Shown here piece by piece: positions 1 through 8,141 of a stretch of DNA of 31,146 nt. The stretch covers positions 1 through 31,146 of the forward strand of contig CAYZXC010000001.1 in NCBI GenBank assembly GCA_964482275.1. The letters are read 5' to 3'. A program made the translations under genes and the position numbers. This stretch comes from an uncultured Eubacteriales bacterium (GTDB taxonomy: Bacteria; Bacillota; Clostridia; Oscillospirales; Acutalibacteraceae). Each line of letters begins with the position of its first letter. Position 1 is the first letter of the stretch. The notes below the pieces were generated by a model, which was not told the DNA's origin, made no database searches, and was given only the letters and a program-made list of their open reading frames with translations.

Positions 1-13
1 ATCCCTCCGAACG

Positions 14-53
14 AAAAAGAGAGCACCACCTTGCGGTGATGCTCTCTTTTTTT
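14..53 (-). terminator. Intrinsic terminator downstream of tRNA-Arg (probably bidirectional)
   Basis: AAAAAGAGAGCACCACC-TTGC-GGTGATGCTCTCTTTTTT inverted repeat with A/T tracts on both sides. Confidence 0.8.
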
Positions 54-129
54 GGCCCGCCCGGAGGGATTCGAACCCCCGGCCTTTGGAATCGGAATCC
101 ACTGCGATATCCAGCTTCGCCACGGGCGG
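53..129 (-). tRNA. tRNA-Arg(CCG)
   Basis: Reverse complement folds as a cloverleaf: acceptor CCGCCCG/CGGGCGG, D-arm GCGA-AGCTGGATA-TCGC (A20), anticodon loop TT-CCG-AT, T-arm GGGGG-TTCGAAT-CCCTC, G73 and encoded CCA. Confidence 0.95.
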
Positions 130-144
130 ATATGAGCCTTTGTT

Positions 145-173
145 ATTGTACACTGTTTTTATCTGTTTTGCAA
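145..173 (-). promoter_or_regulatory. sigmaA promoter of tRNA-Arg
   Basis: TTGCAA-17nt-TACAAT on the minus strand. Confidence 0.7.
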
Positions 174-217
174 GACTTAAAATTGAAATTTCCGCAAATC
201 TTCCCCGCATCGCCCTC

Positions 218-246
218 TTTACGAATCGCTCCGTTTCTGTTATACT
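218..246 (+). promoter_or_regulatory. sigmaA promoter of APC permease
   Basis: TTTACG-17nt-TATACT with TG extension. Confidence 0.55.
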
Positions 247-277
247 ACGTTTACAAAGCGAAAGGAACTTGAAAACG

Positions 278-1666
278 ATGGAAAAGCTCGAAAAACGGTA
301 CGGTCTGCCGACCGCGATCTGTATGGTGGTGGGAACCGTCATTGGCTCCGGCGTCTTTTTCAAAGCGCAAAACGTCTTGGTCGCGACCGGCGGCAATATG
401 CCGCTCGGTATTTTGGCGTGGGTCATCACGGGTCTTTTGATGATCGTGTGTGCCCTGCAATTCGCTACGATGGCAACCAAATACGAAAAGGTGAGCGGCG
501 TTGTGGATTATGCCGAAGCCACCTGCGGGAAACCGTATGCGTACTATCTCGCGTGGTTTTTGGCGAACATCTACTATCCGGGTATGACCTCGGTGCTCGC
601 GTGGGTATCCGCCCGCTATTTCGGCGTGCTGTTCGGTTGGACGCCCGACAGCGCCGAGGTATTGGCGCTCGCCGGCTTTTTCCTGATCGCGTCGTATATG
701 CTAAACGCCTTGTCCCCGAAGTTGGCGGGCAAATTTCAGGTCAGCGCAACGGTGGTAAAGCTTATCCCGATCTTCTTAATGGCGATCGTGGGCACGGTGG
801 TCGGTCTTGTCAACGGCACCCTGCCGAGCAACTTCGTGACGGTGGTCGGTGAAGCGACGGGCGGTACCGGCGGTGCTCTGTTCGCGGCGATCGTGGCGAC
901 CGCGTTCGCGTACGAGGGGTGGATCGTGGCGACCTCTATCAACGCCGAATTAAAAAACGCCAAGAAGACCCTGCCGCTGGCGCTGGTGATCGGCTCGCTG
1001 ATCGTGGTCGTGGCGTACGTGCTCTATTACATCGGTGTTGCCGGCGGCGCGACCAACGCCGTGTTGATCGAGGAAGGCTCCACCAAAGCCTTCACCAACA
1101 TCTTCGGCGGCATCGGCGGCACGTTCCTCAACGTTTGCATCGTCATTTCGTGCCTCGGCACCTTAAACGGCTTGATGATGGGCGTCACACGCAGTATGTA
1201 TGCCATCGCTTGCCGCAATGAAGGCCCAAACCCGGAAATGTTCAAGGAGATCGATCGGCACACGAATATGGTGACGAACTCCGCGGTCTGGGGCTTGTTC
1301 GCCAGCAGCGCGTGGCTTGTGTATTTCTACGGTGCGAACCTCACCGGCGGTTGGTTCGGGTACTTCAACTTTGATTCCTCTGAACTTCCCATCATCACGA
1401 TCTACGCGTTTTATATCCCGATGTTTATTCGTTGGATGATCCGGGAAAAGGCGCTCGGCTTCGGCAAACGGTTTTTACTGCCGTCACTCGCCACGCTGTC
1501 CTGCCTGGTGATGGTGTTCGCGGCGGTGTATGCCCACGGTATCACGCCCTATCTGACCGCCAAAGAAAACGGGGCGTTCTCGTTCCCGGTGCTGTTCTAT
1601 CTCATCGTATTTGCCGCCGTTATGCTGGTCGGCGCGTATTTCCAAAAACCGCGAAAGAAGCAGTAA
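278..1666 (+). CDS. APC family amino acid permease
   Basis: Start at MEKLEKRYG after AAGGA RBS; GxxIGSGVF motif, FAYEGW motif, about 12 hydrophobic segments. Confidence 0.9.
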   Translation: MEKLEKRYGLPTAICMVVGTVIGSGVFFKAQNVLVATGGNMPLGILAWVITGLLMIVCALQFATMATKYEKVSGVVDYAEATCGKPYAYYLAWFLANIYYPGMTSVLAWVSARYFGVLFGWTPDSAEVLALAGFFLIASYMLNALSPKLAGKFQVSATVVKLIPIFLMAIVGTVVGLVNGTLPSNFVTVVGEATGGTGGALFAAIVATAFAYEGWIVATSINAELKNAKKTLPLALVIGSLIVVVAYVLYYIGVAGGATNAVLIEEGSTKAFTNIFGGIGGTFLNVCIVISCLGTLNGLMMGVTRSMYAIACRNEGPNPEMFKEIDRHTNMVTNSAVWGLFASSAWLVYFYGANLTGGWFGYFNFDSSELPIITIYAFYIPMFIRWMIREKALGFGKRFLLPSLATLSCLVMVFAAVYAHGITPYLTAKENGAFSFPVLFYLIVFAAVMLVGAYFQKPRKKQ

Positions 1667-1673
1667 CACAACG

Positions 1674-1703
1674 AAGCACCCCCGCGAGGAGGGTGCTTTC
1701 TTT
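1674..1703 (+). terminator. Intrinsic terminator
   Basis: AAGCACCC...GGGTGCTT stem followed by TCTTT. Confidence 0.7.
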
Positions 1704-1790
1704 ATAAATTTTTGCTCATATGGTAGAAAAACGAAGAATATATGGTATACTTTAATCACAACGAAAGACCGGAAAAGGAGGGCGTAACGA

Positions 1791-2516
1791 GTGGTTTTAC
1801 AGGATCTGATGAACAAGCCGTTACCGCAACTGCCGTCTGAGATCGCAAGAGCCTTGAAGGAGAACCGGATAACGGCCACCCCGTATGAAGCGAAAAACAG
1901 TATCTTGTCAGATACCGATCTGCAAAGTGAGGTTGGGTATACGCGAATGGATGACGGGAGCTATCTGGTATCCATGACTTGTCCTATGCCCGACATCACT
2001 CCGGACATGATCGAATGGTGGTTTTGGTGGCATGCGCAGGACAGCCTTCGTTATCGGGTGTGGTTCCCCAAAGAGCACATCAGCATCAAGTACCGCAAAA
2101 AGGACAAAGACTTCTTCAAACGGCCCGCATTACCGGATTTCAAGCCGAACTCCCAGCTTCCCTTGGAGCGCATCGGCGGAATAAAAATGCCGTTACGCAT
2201 TGATTTCGTTACGCCCGAAGAATTCGGCTTTTCAAGAAAACGTATGGAAGAAAATACGGTTCCGAAAATCGTCTGCGGTCACGTGAGTGCCTGTAACGGA
2301 CTGATTAAGCATACGGAAATGGCACATATTTTCAAGCAAACGGAAGAGGGCCTGTTTATGATAAGCCGCTTCTGGTTAGGAACGGCAATGAAAAACCCGC
2401 TCCTGCGAAAGCTCGTCATCACCGAAAGCATGGCACGGGGCATGGCGGAGCATTGCTGTGTCGAGTATCGCAATCTGTGTGAGATACTTCCCTTGTTGTA
2501 TGCGGAATACCGATAA
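1791..2516 (+). CDS. DAPG hydrolase (PhlG) / phloretin hydrolase family C-C hydrolase
   Basis: GTG start after GGAGG; motifs MPDITPDMIEWWFWWH, YRVWFPKEH, SRFWLG, HCCVEYRNL..ILPLLYAE characteristic of the PhlG family. Confidence 0.8.
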   Translation: MVLQDLMNKPLPQLPSEIARALKENRITATPYEAKNSILSDTDLQSEVGYTRMDDGSYLVSMTCPMPDITPDMIEWWFWWHAQDSLRYRVWFPKEHISIKYRKKDKDFFKRPALPDFKPNSQLPLERIGGIKMPLRIDFVTPEEFGFSRKRMEENTVPKIVCGHVSACNGLIKHTEMAHIFKQTEEGLFMISRFWLGTAMKNPLLRKLVITESMARGMAEHCCVEYRNLCEILPLLYAEYR

Positions 2517-2562
2517 GGCCCCGCGACCTGTGTGCGGAGCACATCTTTTCTTTCGACAGGGA

Positions 2563-2591
2563 TTGACAAAGGCCGAAGATCGTGCTATAGT
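2563..2591 (+). promoter_or_regulatory. sigmaA promoter of mntP
   Basis: TTGACA-17nt-TATAGT with TG extension. Confidence 0.85.
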
Positions 2592-2600
2592 ATTCTCCGT

Positions 2601-2686
2601 TGTGAGGGAGTAGCAAGCGTTATCCCAACGCAGCAAGTCAACATACTGGCCGTTTGGCCTGGCTTGCTTTAATTTGCGAGACTCAT
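2601..2686 (+). ncRNA. yybP-ykoY manganese riboswitch
   Basis: GAGGGAGTAGC...GTCAACATACT...GGC...GCGAGACTC signature directly upstream of mntP. Confidence 0.88.
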
Positions 2687-2726
2687 GTATGCTGAGGTTT
2701 AGCCATACATGGAGTCTCTGTTTTTT
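2678..2726 (+). terminator. Riboswitch expression-platform terminator
   Basis: GAGACTCATGTATG...CATACATGGAGTCTC then TGTTTTTT; the 5' arm overlaps the aptamer 3' strand (ON-switch logic). Confidence 0.8.
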
Positions 2727-2787
2727 ATTTTGACGCCAAGTACGGTTATGCCGCGCTTGGATTTTTTATTATGCGGAGGAACAAAAA

Positions 2788-3372
2788 ATGGAACTGGGGT
2801 TTACTTTCTTTTTTAACAGCATCTTGCTCGGCGTGGGATTGGCGATGGACGCCTTTTCGGTATCGCTTGCGAACGGACTGAACGAGCCGAATATGAAAAA
2901 AAGCAAGACGTGCGGCGTGGCCGGCGTTTTCTCGGCCTTTCAGTTTGCGATGCCGATGATCGGCTGGATCTGCGTATCCACTATCGCGCAGTATTTCAAG
3001 GCCTTTGAAAAATGTATTCCGTGGATCGCGCTTGCTCTGCTCGGTTATATCGGCGGAAAAATGCTTTATGAAGGCATCAAAAACGGGGAATCGGTTGAAG
3101 AAAAGCCGGCCGTTGGTCTTGCCGCGCTGTTGATACAGGGCGTGGCAACCTCGATCGACGCGTTGTCAGTCGGTTTTACGATCGCAGACTACAGCCTGCT
3201 TGAAGCGGTGCTCGCCTGTCTGCTGATCGGTGTCGTTACCTTTTTCATTTGCTTTGCCGGTATTTTGATCGGCAAAACGGCCGGAACGAGGCTTGCCGGA
3301 AAAGCAGGTATTCTGGGCGGTGCGATCCTGATTGTTATCGGCCTTGAAATAGTCGTTACCGCTTTGTTCTGA
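2788..3372 (+). CDS. mntP: Manganese efflux pump MntP
   Basis: LAMDAFSVS and ATSIDALSVG motifs, about 6 TM segments, Mn riboswitch upstream. Confidence 0.93.
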   Translation: MELGFTFFFNSILLGVGLAMDAFSVSLANGLNEPNMKKSKTCGVAGVFSAFQFAMPMIGWICVSTIAQYFKAFEKCIPWIALALLGYIGGKMLYEGIKNGESVEEKPAVGLAALLIQGVATSIDALSVGFTIADYSLLEAVLACLLIGVVTFFICFAGILIGKTAGTRLAGKAGILGGAILIVIGLEIVVTALF

Positions 3373-3392
3373 CCCGCTTTTTAAAATAGCCG

Positions 3393-3433
3393 AAAAGGCG
3401 CAAGTCCGACAAAACCGGACTTGCGCCTTTTTT
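3393..3433. terminator. Bidirectional intrinsic terminator
   Basis: AAAAGGCGCAAGTCCG...CGGACTTGCGCCTTTTTT between convergent genes. Confidence 0.85.
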
Positions 3434-3484
3434 GCGTATATGGCAGGCAAAACGAACGGAGCAAAGCGATCCGTCGCCGTTGCG

Positions 3485-3796
3485 TCATTTCGTTTTCGGT
3501 GCCGGAAGCTCGTCGTACATGGCGTCCAACAATTTCGCCAGAAATTCCTTGCTGTCCACGTCTTCAACCAACAGCATGTCCTTTGCCCCCGGATAAGGCG
3601 ATTCGTAAGAAGCGTTCGGCATAAGCGAAACGGCTGCTTTGACAGGCTTTACGAGAAACCTGTCATCGTATATGCCGCCAACGATCTTTCCGCGATAATA
3701 GATGACGTATTCGCCCATCATCGGTCGGTAGGCTATGCCTTCCGACTCGGATAACTGTTCCAGCACAAACGCTAAGTAGTCTTTACTTGATGCCAT
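3485..3796 (-). CDS. TfoX/Sxy N-terminal domain protein
   Basis: 103 aa, MASSKDYLAFVLEQLS...YRPMMGEY..Y..GK..GGIYDDRFLVK; GAGGTGG RBS; overlaps the pflA stop. Confidence 0.85.
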   Translation of the reverse strand: MASSKDYLAFVLEQLSESEGIAYRPMMGEYVIYYRGKIVGGIYDDRFLVKPVKAAVSLMPNASYESPYPGAKDMLLVEDVDSKEFLAKLLDAMYDELPAPKTK

Positions 3797-4520
3797 GATC
3801 CACCTCGTTAAGTGAGCGTTCCCGCTGCCGGACGGCGGCGGTGTCTGCTTCGGGAATATGTGCAAAGGGGAAGGGGAGCCGCATCTCATCGTATTTGACC
3901 TGACAGATCTTGCGAAACGGGAGCAGCTCAATGCCGTCCACACAGGCGTGCTTTTCGGCAAGCCGCCGCAGTGCGTCAAAATTTTCAGCCGTATCATTCA
4001 CATCGGGGATCACCACCTGCCGCAGTGTGGTGGGGATGCGGTGCTCGTCCAGAACGTCAAGAAACTCCAGCGCGTTTTGCAGCGGCATCCCGACGTACCG
4101 GCGGTACAGGGTATCGTCGGTGTATTTGATATCTAAGAGCACGCGGTCACAGTGGGAAAGCAGGCGATGCACCTCGTCGTTCAAGCACACGCCGGAGGTG
4201 TCCAGACAGGTGTTTACCCCGCGCTCGCGGCACAACCGAAACACTTCGGCGGCAAAGGCAGCCTGCCAAAGCGGTTCGCCGCCCGACAGCGTGATCCCGC
4301 CCTTGTCACCGAAATAGTCGCGAAACGAGGCCGCCTTGTCCGCCAACTCGGCGGCGGTGTATACGGTGCCGCTGTTCGGATCCCACGTGTCGGGGTTGTG
4401 GCAGCACGCACATCTGAGCGGACACCCCGACAAAAACGCCACGAACCGCACGCCGGGGCCGTCTACCGTGCCGAGCGATTGGATCGAATGGATCCGTCCG
4501 ATCACGTCTTGTGTTCCCAT
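3783..4520 (-). CDS. pflA: Pyruvate formate-lyase activating enzyme (radical SAM)
   Basis: GTVDGPGVRF, CPLRCACCHNPDTW (CxxxCxxC), GGITLSGGEP; directly downstream of pflB. Confidence 0.93.
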   Translation of the reverse strand: MGTQDVIGRIHSIQSLGTVDGPGVRFVAFLSGCPLRCACCHNPDTWDPNSGTVYTAAELADKAASFRDYFGDKGGITLSGGEPLWQAAFAAEVFRLCRERGVNTCLDTSGVCLNDEVHRLLSHCDRVLLDIKYTDDTLYRRYVGMPLQNALEFLDVLDEHRIPTTLRQVVIPDVNDTAENFDALRRLAEKHACVDGIELLPFRKICQVKYDEMRLPFPFAHIPEADTAAVRQRERSLNEVDHGIK

Positions 4521-4524
4521 CGCG

Positions 4525-6750
4525 TTACAGACTGCCGTGGAAGGTGCGGTTGATGACCTCGCGCTGCTGCTCGCGGGAAAGCTTGTGGAAATGCACCGCG
4601 TAGCCGGATACGCGAATGGTGAGGTTCGGATAACTGTCGGGATCCTCGTAGGCCTTCAGCAGGGTCTCGCGATTCATCACGTTGACGTTGATGTGATGCG
4701 CCCCCTTCGCAAAATAGCCGTCCAGAATGGAAACGAGATTGTCGATGCGTTCGTCCTCGGTTCTGCCGAGCGCGTCGGGCGTGATGGAGAACGTGTTGGA
4801 CACGCCGTCGCGGCAGTCGTCGTACGAGATCTTCGCCACCGAGTTGAGCGACGCGAGCGCGCCGTTTTCCTCGCGGTTGTGAAGCGGGTTTGCACCCGGT
4901 GCGAACGGCGCACCGGCGGGTCTGCCGTCGGGGGTGGCACCGGTGTGCTTGCCGTACATCACGTTGGAGGTGATGGTCAGCACCGACAGGGTGTGCTCTG
5001 CTTCGCGGTAGGTTTTGGCGTGGCGCAATTTGAGGATGAAATCGTGTGTCAGCTCCTGCGCGATGCTGTCGACGCGGTCGTCGTCGTTGCCGAATTTCGG
5101 GAACTCGCCGGCGCGCTCAAAGTTGACGATATAGCCGTTTTCATCCTTGACGGGGGTGACGGTGGTGTGCTTCATCGCGCTGAACGAGTCGGTCACCACC
5201 GAGAGTCCCGCAATGCCGAACGCCATAAACCGATGAACGTCGGTGTCGTGTAACGCCATCTGGATCTTTTCGTAGGCGTACTTGTCGTGCATATAATGGA
5301 TGATGTTCATCGTATTGACGTACAGCTTCGCAAGCCACGTGGTGTAGATCTTGTACCGCTCCATCACGGACTCGTAATCGAGCGTTTCCAGCACCGGCAT
5401 CTGCGGGCCGATCTTCATACCGGAGGAGGTATCGTAGCCGCCGTTGATGGCGATGAGCAACAGCTTCGCCAGATTGCACCGTGCACCGAAAAACTGCATC
5501 TGCTTGCCGATCTTCATCGCGGACACACAGCAGGCGATGGCGTAATCGTCGCCGTAGATCGGGCGCATCAGATCGTCGCTTTCGTATTGAATGGAATCGG
5601 TATCCTTGGATACCTTCGCACAGTAGCGCTTGAACGGCGCGGGCAACGCTTTCGACCACAGCACCGTCAGGTTCGGTTCGGGCGCGGAGCCGAGCGTATA
5701 CAGCGTATGCAGCATACGGAACGTGTTCTTGGTGACCAGGGAACGACCGTCCTCACCGACGCCGCCGAGCGCCTCGGTGATCCACATCGGATCGCCGCCG
5801 AACAGCTCGTTGTATTCGGGGGTGCGCAGATGCCGCGCCATACGCAGCTTCATCACGAAATCGTCCATCAGCTCCTGCGCGCCTTCTTCGGTGAGAGTGC
5901 CGTTTTCGAGATCGCGCTGAATGTAAATATCAAAGAACGTGCTGACACGGCCGAGCGACATTGCCGCGCCGTTTTGCTCTTTAATGGCGGCAAGATACCC
6001 GAAATACGTCCACTGGATCGCCTCGCGCGCATTGGATGCGGGCTCGCTGATATCAAAGCCGTATATGGCCGCCATTTCCTTGAGGCGGCCTAAAAAGGTG
6101 ATCTGTTGGTACAGCTCCTCACTCTGGCGGGTCTGGAAGGTGTCAAAATAGGTTTCTTCGAGCGCGTGCTTGTCACGCTTTTTTTTCTCTATCAGACGGT
6201 CAACACCGTACAGCGCCACGCGGCGGTAGTCACCGATGATGCGTCCTCTGCCGTAAGCATCCGGCAGACCGGTGATGACGTGGCATTTACGCGCGGCGCG
6301 CATCTCATCGGTATACGCGCGGAACACGCCGTCGTTGTGCGTGGTGCGGTACATAAATTCCTCTTCCACCTTGCGGCTGAGCTTGTAGCCGTACGCCTCG
6401 CACGCGTTGCGCACCATCCGCATACCGCCGAACGGATTGACACCGCGCTTTAAGGGGCGGTTGGTCTGCAGACCGACGATGATCTCGTTTTCGCGGTCAA
6501 GATAGCCGGGGGAATAGCTCGTCAGCGACGACACCGTATCCACGTCGATATCCAGGACACCGCCGAGCTGACGTTCTAATTTGAGAAGTGCCTCCAAGCG
6601 CTCCATCAGTGCTTTCGTGCGGGGCGTGGCATCGGCGAGGAACGCCTCGTCGCCGGTATATTCGGTATAATTGCGCTGAATAAAATCGCGCACGTTGATC
6701 TCATCCTGCCACGCGCCGGGCACAAATCCATTCCAATTCTGATGCGTCAT
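4525..6750 (-). CDS. pflB: Formate C-acetyltransferase (pyruvate formate-lyase)
   Basis: Start MTHQNW after [29 protein letters not shown] catalytic Cys pair, RVSGYAV glycyl-radical motif. Confidence 0.97.
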   Translation of the reverse strand: MTHQNWNGFVPGAWQDEINVRDFIQRNYTEYTGDEAFLADATPRTKALMERLEALLKLERQLGGVLDIDVDTVSSLTSYSPGYLDRENEIIVGLQTNRPLKRGVNPFGGMRMVRNACEAYGYKLSRKVEEEFMYRTTHNDGVFRAYTDEMRAARKCHVITGLPDAYGRGRIIGDYRRVALYGVDRLIEKKKRDKHALEETYFDTFQTRQSEELYQQITFLGRLKEMAAIYGFDISEPASNAREAIQWTYFGYLAAIKEQNGAAMSLGRVSTFFDIYIQRDLENGTLTEEGAQELMDDFVMKLRMARHLRTPEYNELFGGDPMWITEALGGVGEDGRSLVTKNTFRMLHTLYTLGSAPEPNLTVLWSKALPAPFKRYCAKVSKDTDSIQYESDDLMRPIYGDDYAIACCVSAMKIGKQMQFFGARCNLAKLLLIAINGGYDTSSGMKIGPQMPVLETLDYESVMERYKIYTTWLAKLYVNTMNIIHYMHDKYAYEKIQMALHDTDVHRFMAFGIAGLSVVTDSFSAMKHTTVTPVKDENGYIVNFERAGEFPKFGNDDDRVDSIAQELTHDFILKLRHAKTYREAEHTLSVLTITSNVMYGKHTGATPDGRPAGAPFAPGANPLHNREENGALASLNSVAKISYDDCRDGVSNTFSITPDALGRTEDERIDNLVSILDGYFAKGAHHINVNVMNRETLLKAYEDPDSYPNLTIRVSGYAVHFHKLSREQQREVINRTFHGSL

Positions 6751-6766
6751 TTTCCATTCCTCCAAA

Positions 6767-6802
6767 CAAAAAGGGCAAATCCAGTTGACACTGAACTTGC
6801 CC
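6767..6802 (-). terminator. ZTP riboswitch terminator
   Basis: GGGCAAGTTCAG...CTGGATTTGCCC-TTTTTG on the minus strand, overlapping the 3' end of P3. Confidence 0.8.
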
Positions 6803-6911
6803 AGACGGTCGGCACGGGCTGGCGACAGTCGAGCCCTTTGCGGTTTCTGCTCGCCAGCCCAAACTCTCATATTCCACCGCAGTACTCCGCGTTATCCGTC
6901 AGTCATATGAA
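6797..6911 (-). ncRNA. ZMP/ZTP (pfl) riboswitch
   Basis: Minus strand: TCATAT-GACTGACGGA...GGA-ATATGA (P1), then GCCGACCGTCTGGGCAA (P3) whose CGTC pairs with GACG as a pseudoknot; upstream of pflB. Confidence 0.9.
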
Positions 6912-6929
6912 AGCGTTTCACTTGTATCC

Positions 6930-6958
6930 AGTATACCGCACTGTTGGCAAAAAGTCAA
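6930..6958 (-). promoter_or_regulatory. sigmaA promoter of pfl operon
   Basis: TTGACT-17nt-TATACT. Confidence 0.8.
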
Positions 6959-6964
6959 CTGCAA

Positions 6965-7513
6965 TCACTTGAAAAACAGCGGGAGCTTTTCCAAAAACAC
7001 GATATCGGTGCGGTCGGCGGCGTCACCCTCGGCGAGGAACGCGCACGCGGCGGCTTCTGACCCGCCCGCCTGCTTGACAAGCTCGCGCACCGCGACCAGC
7101 GATTCGCCGGTGCTGATGACGTCGTCCACGATCAGTACCCGCTTGCCGCGCAGTTTTTCTACCTCGGATTCACCGAGATACAGATGCTGCTCGTGCTTTG
7201 TGGTGATGGAGGTCACCGCCACGTCCAAGGGATTGCGCATATACACCTTCACGCCCTTGCGCGCAATGACGTACGGCTTGCCCGACTGGCGCGCCAGCTC
7301 GTACGCGATCGGGATGCTTTTGGCTTCAGGTGTGAGGATCACGTCAAATTCCGGCACGCGCTTTAACAGCTCCGAGCATCCCGCCACCGTCACCTCAACA
7401 CTGTCGAAGCAGATAAACGCGGCGATATCCAGCGTGTCGCTCACGGCAAATTTTTCTAAGCGGCAGGGGACGCCTGCAATGGTCATTTCATAAAATTCCG
7501 ACATCTTTAACAT
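6965..7513 (-). CDS. Adenine/purine phosphoribosyltransferase family protein
   Basis: EAKSIP, ARKG, PRPP-binding VLIVDDVISTGES; alternative start at 7504. Confidence 0.85.
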   Translation of the reverse strand: MLKMSEFYEMTIAGVPCRLEKFAVSDTLDIAAFICFDSVEVTVAGCSELLKRVPEFDVILTPEAKSIPIAYELARQSGKPYVIARKGVKVYMRNPLDVAVTSITTKHEQHLYLGESEVEKLRGKRVLIVDDVISTGESLVAVRELVKQAGGSEAAACAFLAEGDAADRTDIVFLEKLPLFFK

Positions 7514-7522
7514 CCTCTTCCT

Positions 7523-7840
7523 TTATTGATCCAACCAGGCATCCAGCTGTTCCTTGGTGCGGTAGCCGACCGCCGAGTCGATCAGCTTGCCGTCCTTAAA
7601 GAGCAACAGCGTGGGGATGCTTTGAATACCGAACTGCATCGCGAGAGCGCCTTCCTCATCGACGTTCACCTTGCCGACCTTTACGCTGCCCTCGCGTTCG
7701 TTTGCGATCTCTTCCACGGCGGGTGCGATCATACGGCAGGGACCGCACCAGGTCGCCCAAAAATCGACCAGTACGGGGATATCCGATTGCAAGACCTCTT
7801 GTTCGAAATTGGCGTTTGTCAGTACGAGTTCCATTATCAT
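7523..7840 (-). CDS. trxA: Thioredoxin
   Basis: [20 protein letters not shown]; alternative start at 7834. Confidence 0.95.
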   Translation of the reverse strand: MIMELVLTNANFEQEVLQSDIPVLVDFWATWCGPCRMIAPAVEEIANEREGSVKVGKVNVDEEGALAMQFGIQSIPTLLLFKDGKLIDSAVGYRTKEQLDAWLDQ

Positions 7841-8034
7841 TTCTCCTTATAGTACAACATACAGTGGCAGAACCCCTCAAAATCGGGATCCTTCATCTGT
7901 TCACGGAATTCCTTGCAGATACACTTGTTTTCCTCGGTGCGCTGTAGGCGGCAGGGACAGTACCCGCCGGTCTTTTTCAGCCCCTCCTTGATTGCCGACA
8001 CGACCTCTTTATCGGGGTTTAACGTGACTTTCAT
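7837..8034 (-). CDS. Ferredoxin-thioredoxin reductase catalytic (beta) chain-like protein, minimal
   Basis: 65 aa with GYCPC...CIC...CHCMLY motif triad; GAGGTG RBS; stop overlaps or abuts the trxA start. Confidence 0.85.
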   Translation of the reverse strand: MKVTLNPDKEVVSAIKEGLKKTGGYCPCRLQRTEENKCICKEFREQMKDPDFEGFCHCMLYYKEK

Positions 8035-8092
8035 GGTATCACCTCACATATAGTGTATCATACTATACAGCAGATAACCAGTCTTTTTTTCA

Positions 8093-8121
8093 TTGATTTT
8101 TACGCAACAAGATGCTACAAT
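8093..8121 (+). promoter_or_regulatory. sigmaA promoter of chromate transporter pair
   Basis: TTGATT-17nt-TACAAT with TG extension. Confidence 0.65.
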
Positions 8122-8141
8122 AATGCGCGGAGCGTGATGTA

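Noticed and set aside
53..129. Possible CGG codon reassignment, given the atypical tRNA(CCG)
   Set aside because: The tRNA keeps Arg identity elements A20 and G73, and CGG encodes conserved arginines such as ClpC ALERRFQ (GAG CGG CGG)
86..277. N-terminal extensions in the ORF track (APC permease; also pflB to 6870, metY to 23320, comF from 12585, TfoX to 3997, ORF from 9942)
   Set aside because: They overlap tRNA, riboswitch, promoters or other genes; downstream starts have proper RBSs
130..3400. tRNA-anchored genomic island
   Set aside because: These genes lie on the 5' side of the tRNA; no integrase, transposase or direct repeat was seen in the window
4336..6093. Long plus-strand ORFs (305 and 268 aa), and similar ones at 21009-21836, 12100-12840, 17267-18067 and 29522-30262
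   Set aside because: Antisense shadows of well-conserved genes in GC-rich DNA; no recognisable motifs
6816..6860. c-di-GMP-I aptamer nested in the ZTP linker (AAACC/GCAAAG words)
   Set aside because: Too short and lacks the two-hairpin GEMM architecture; only isolated words match
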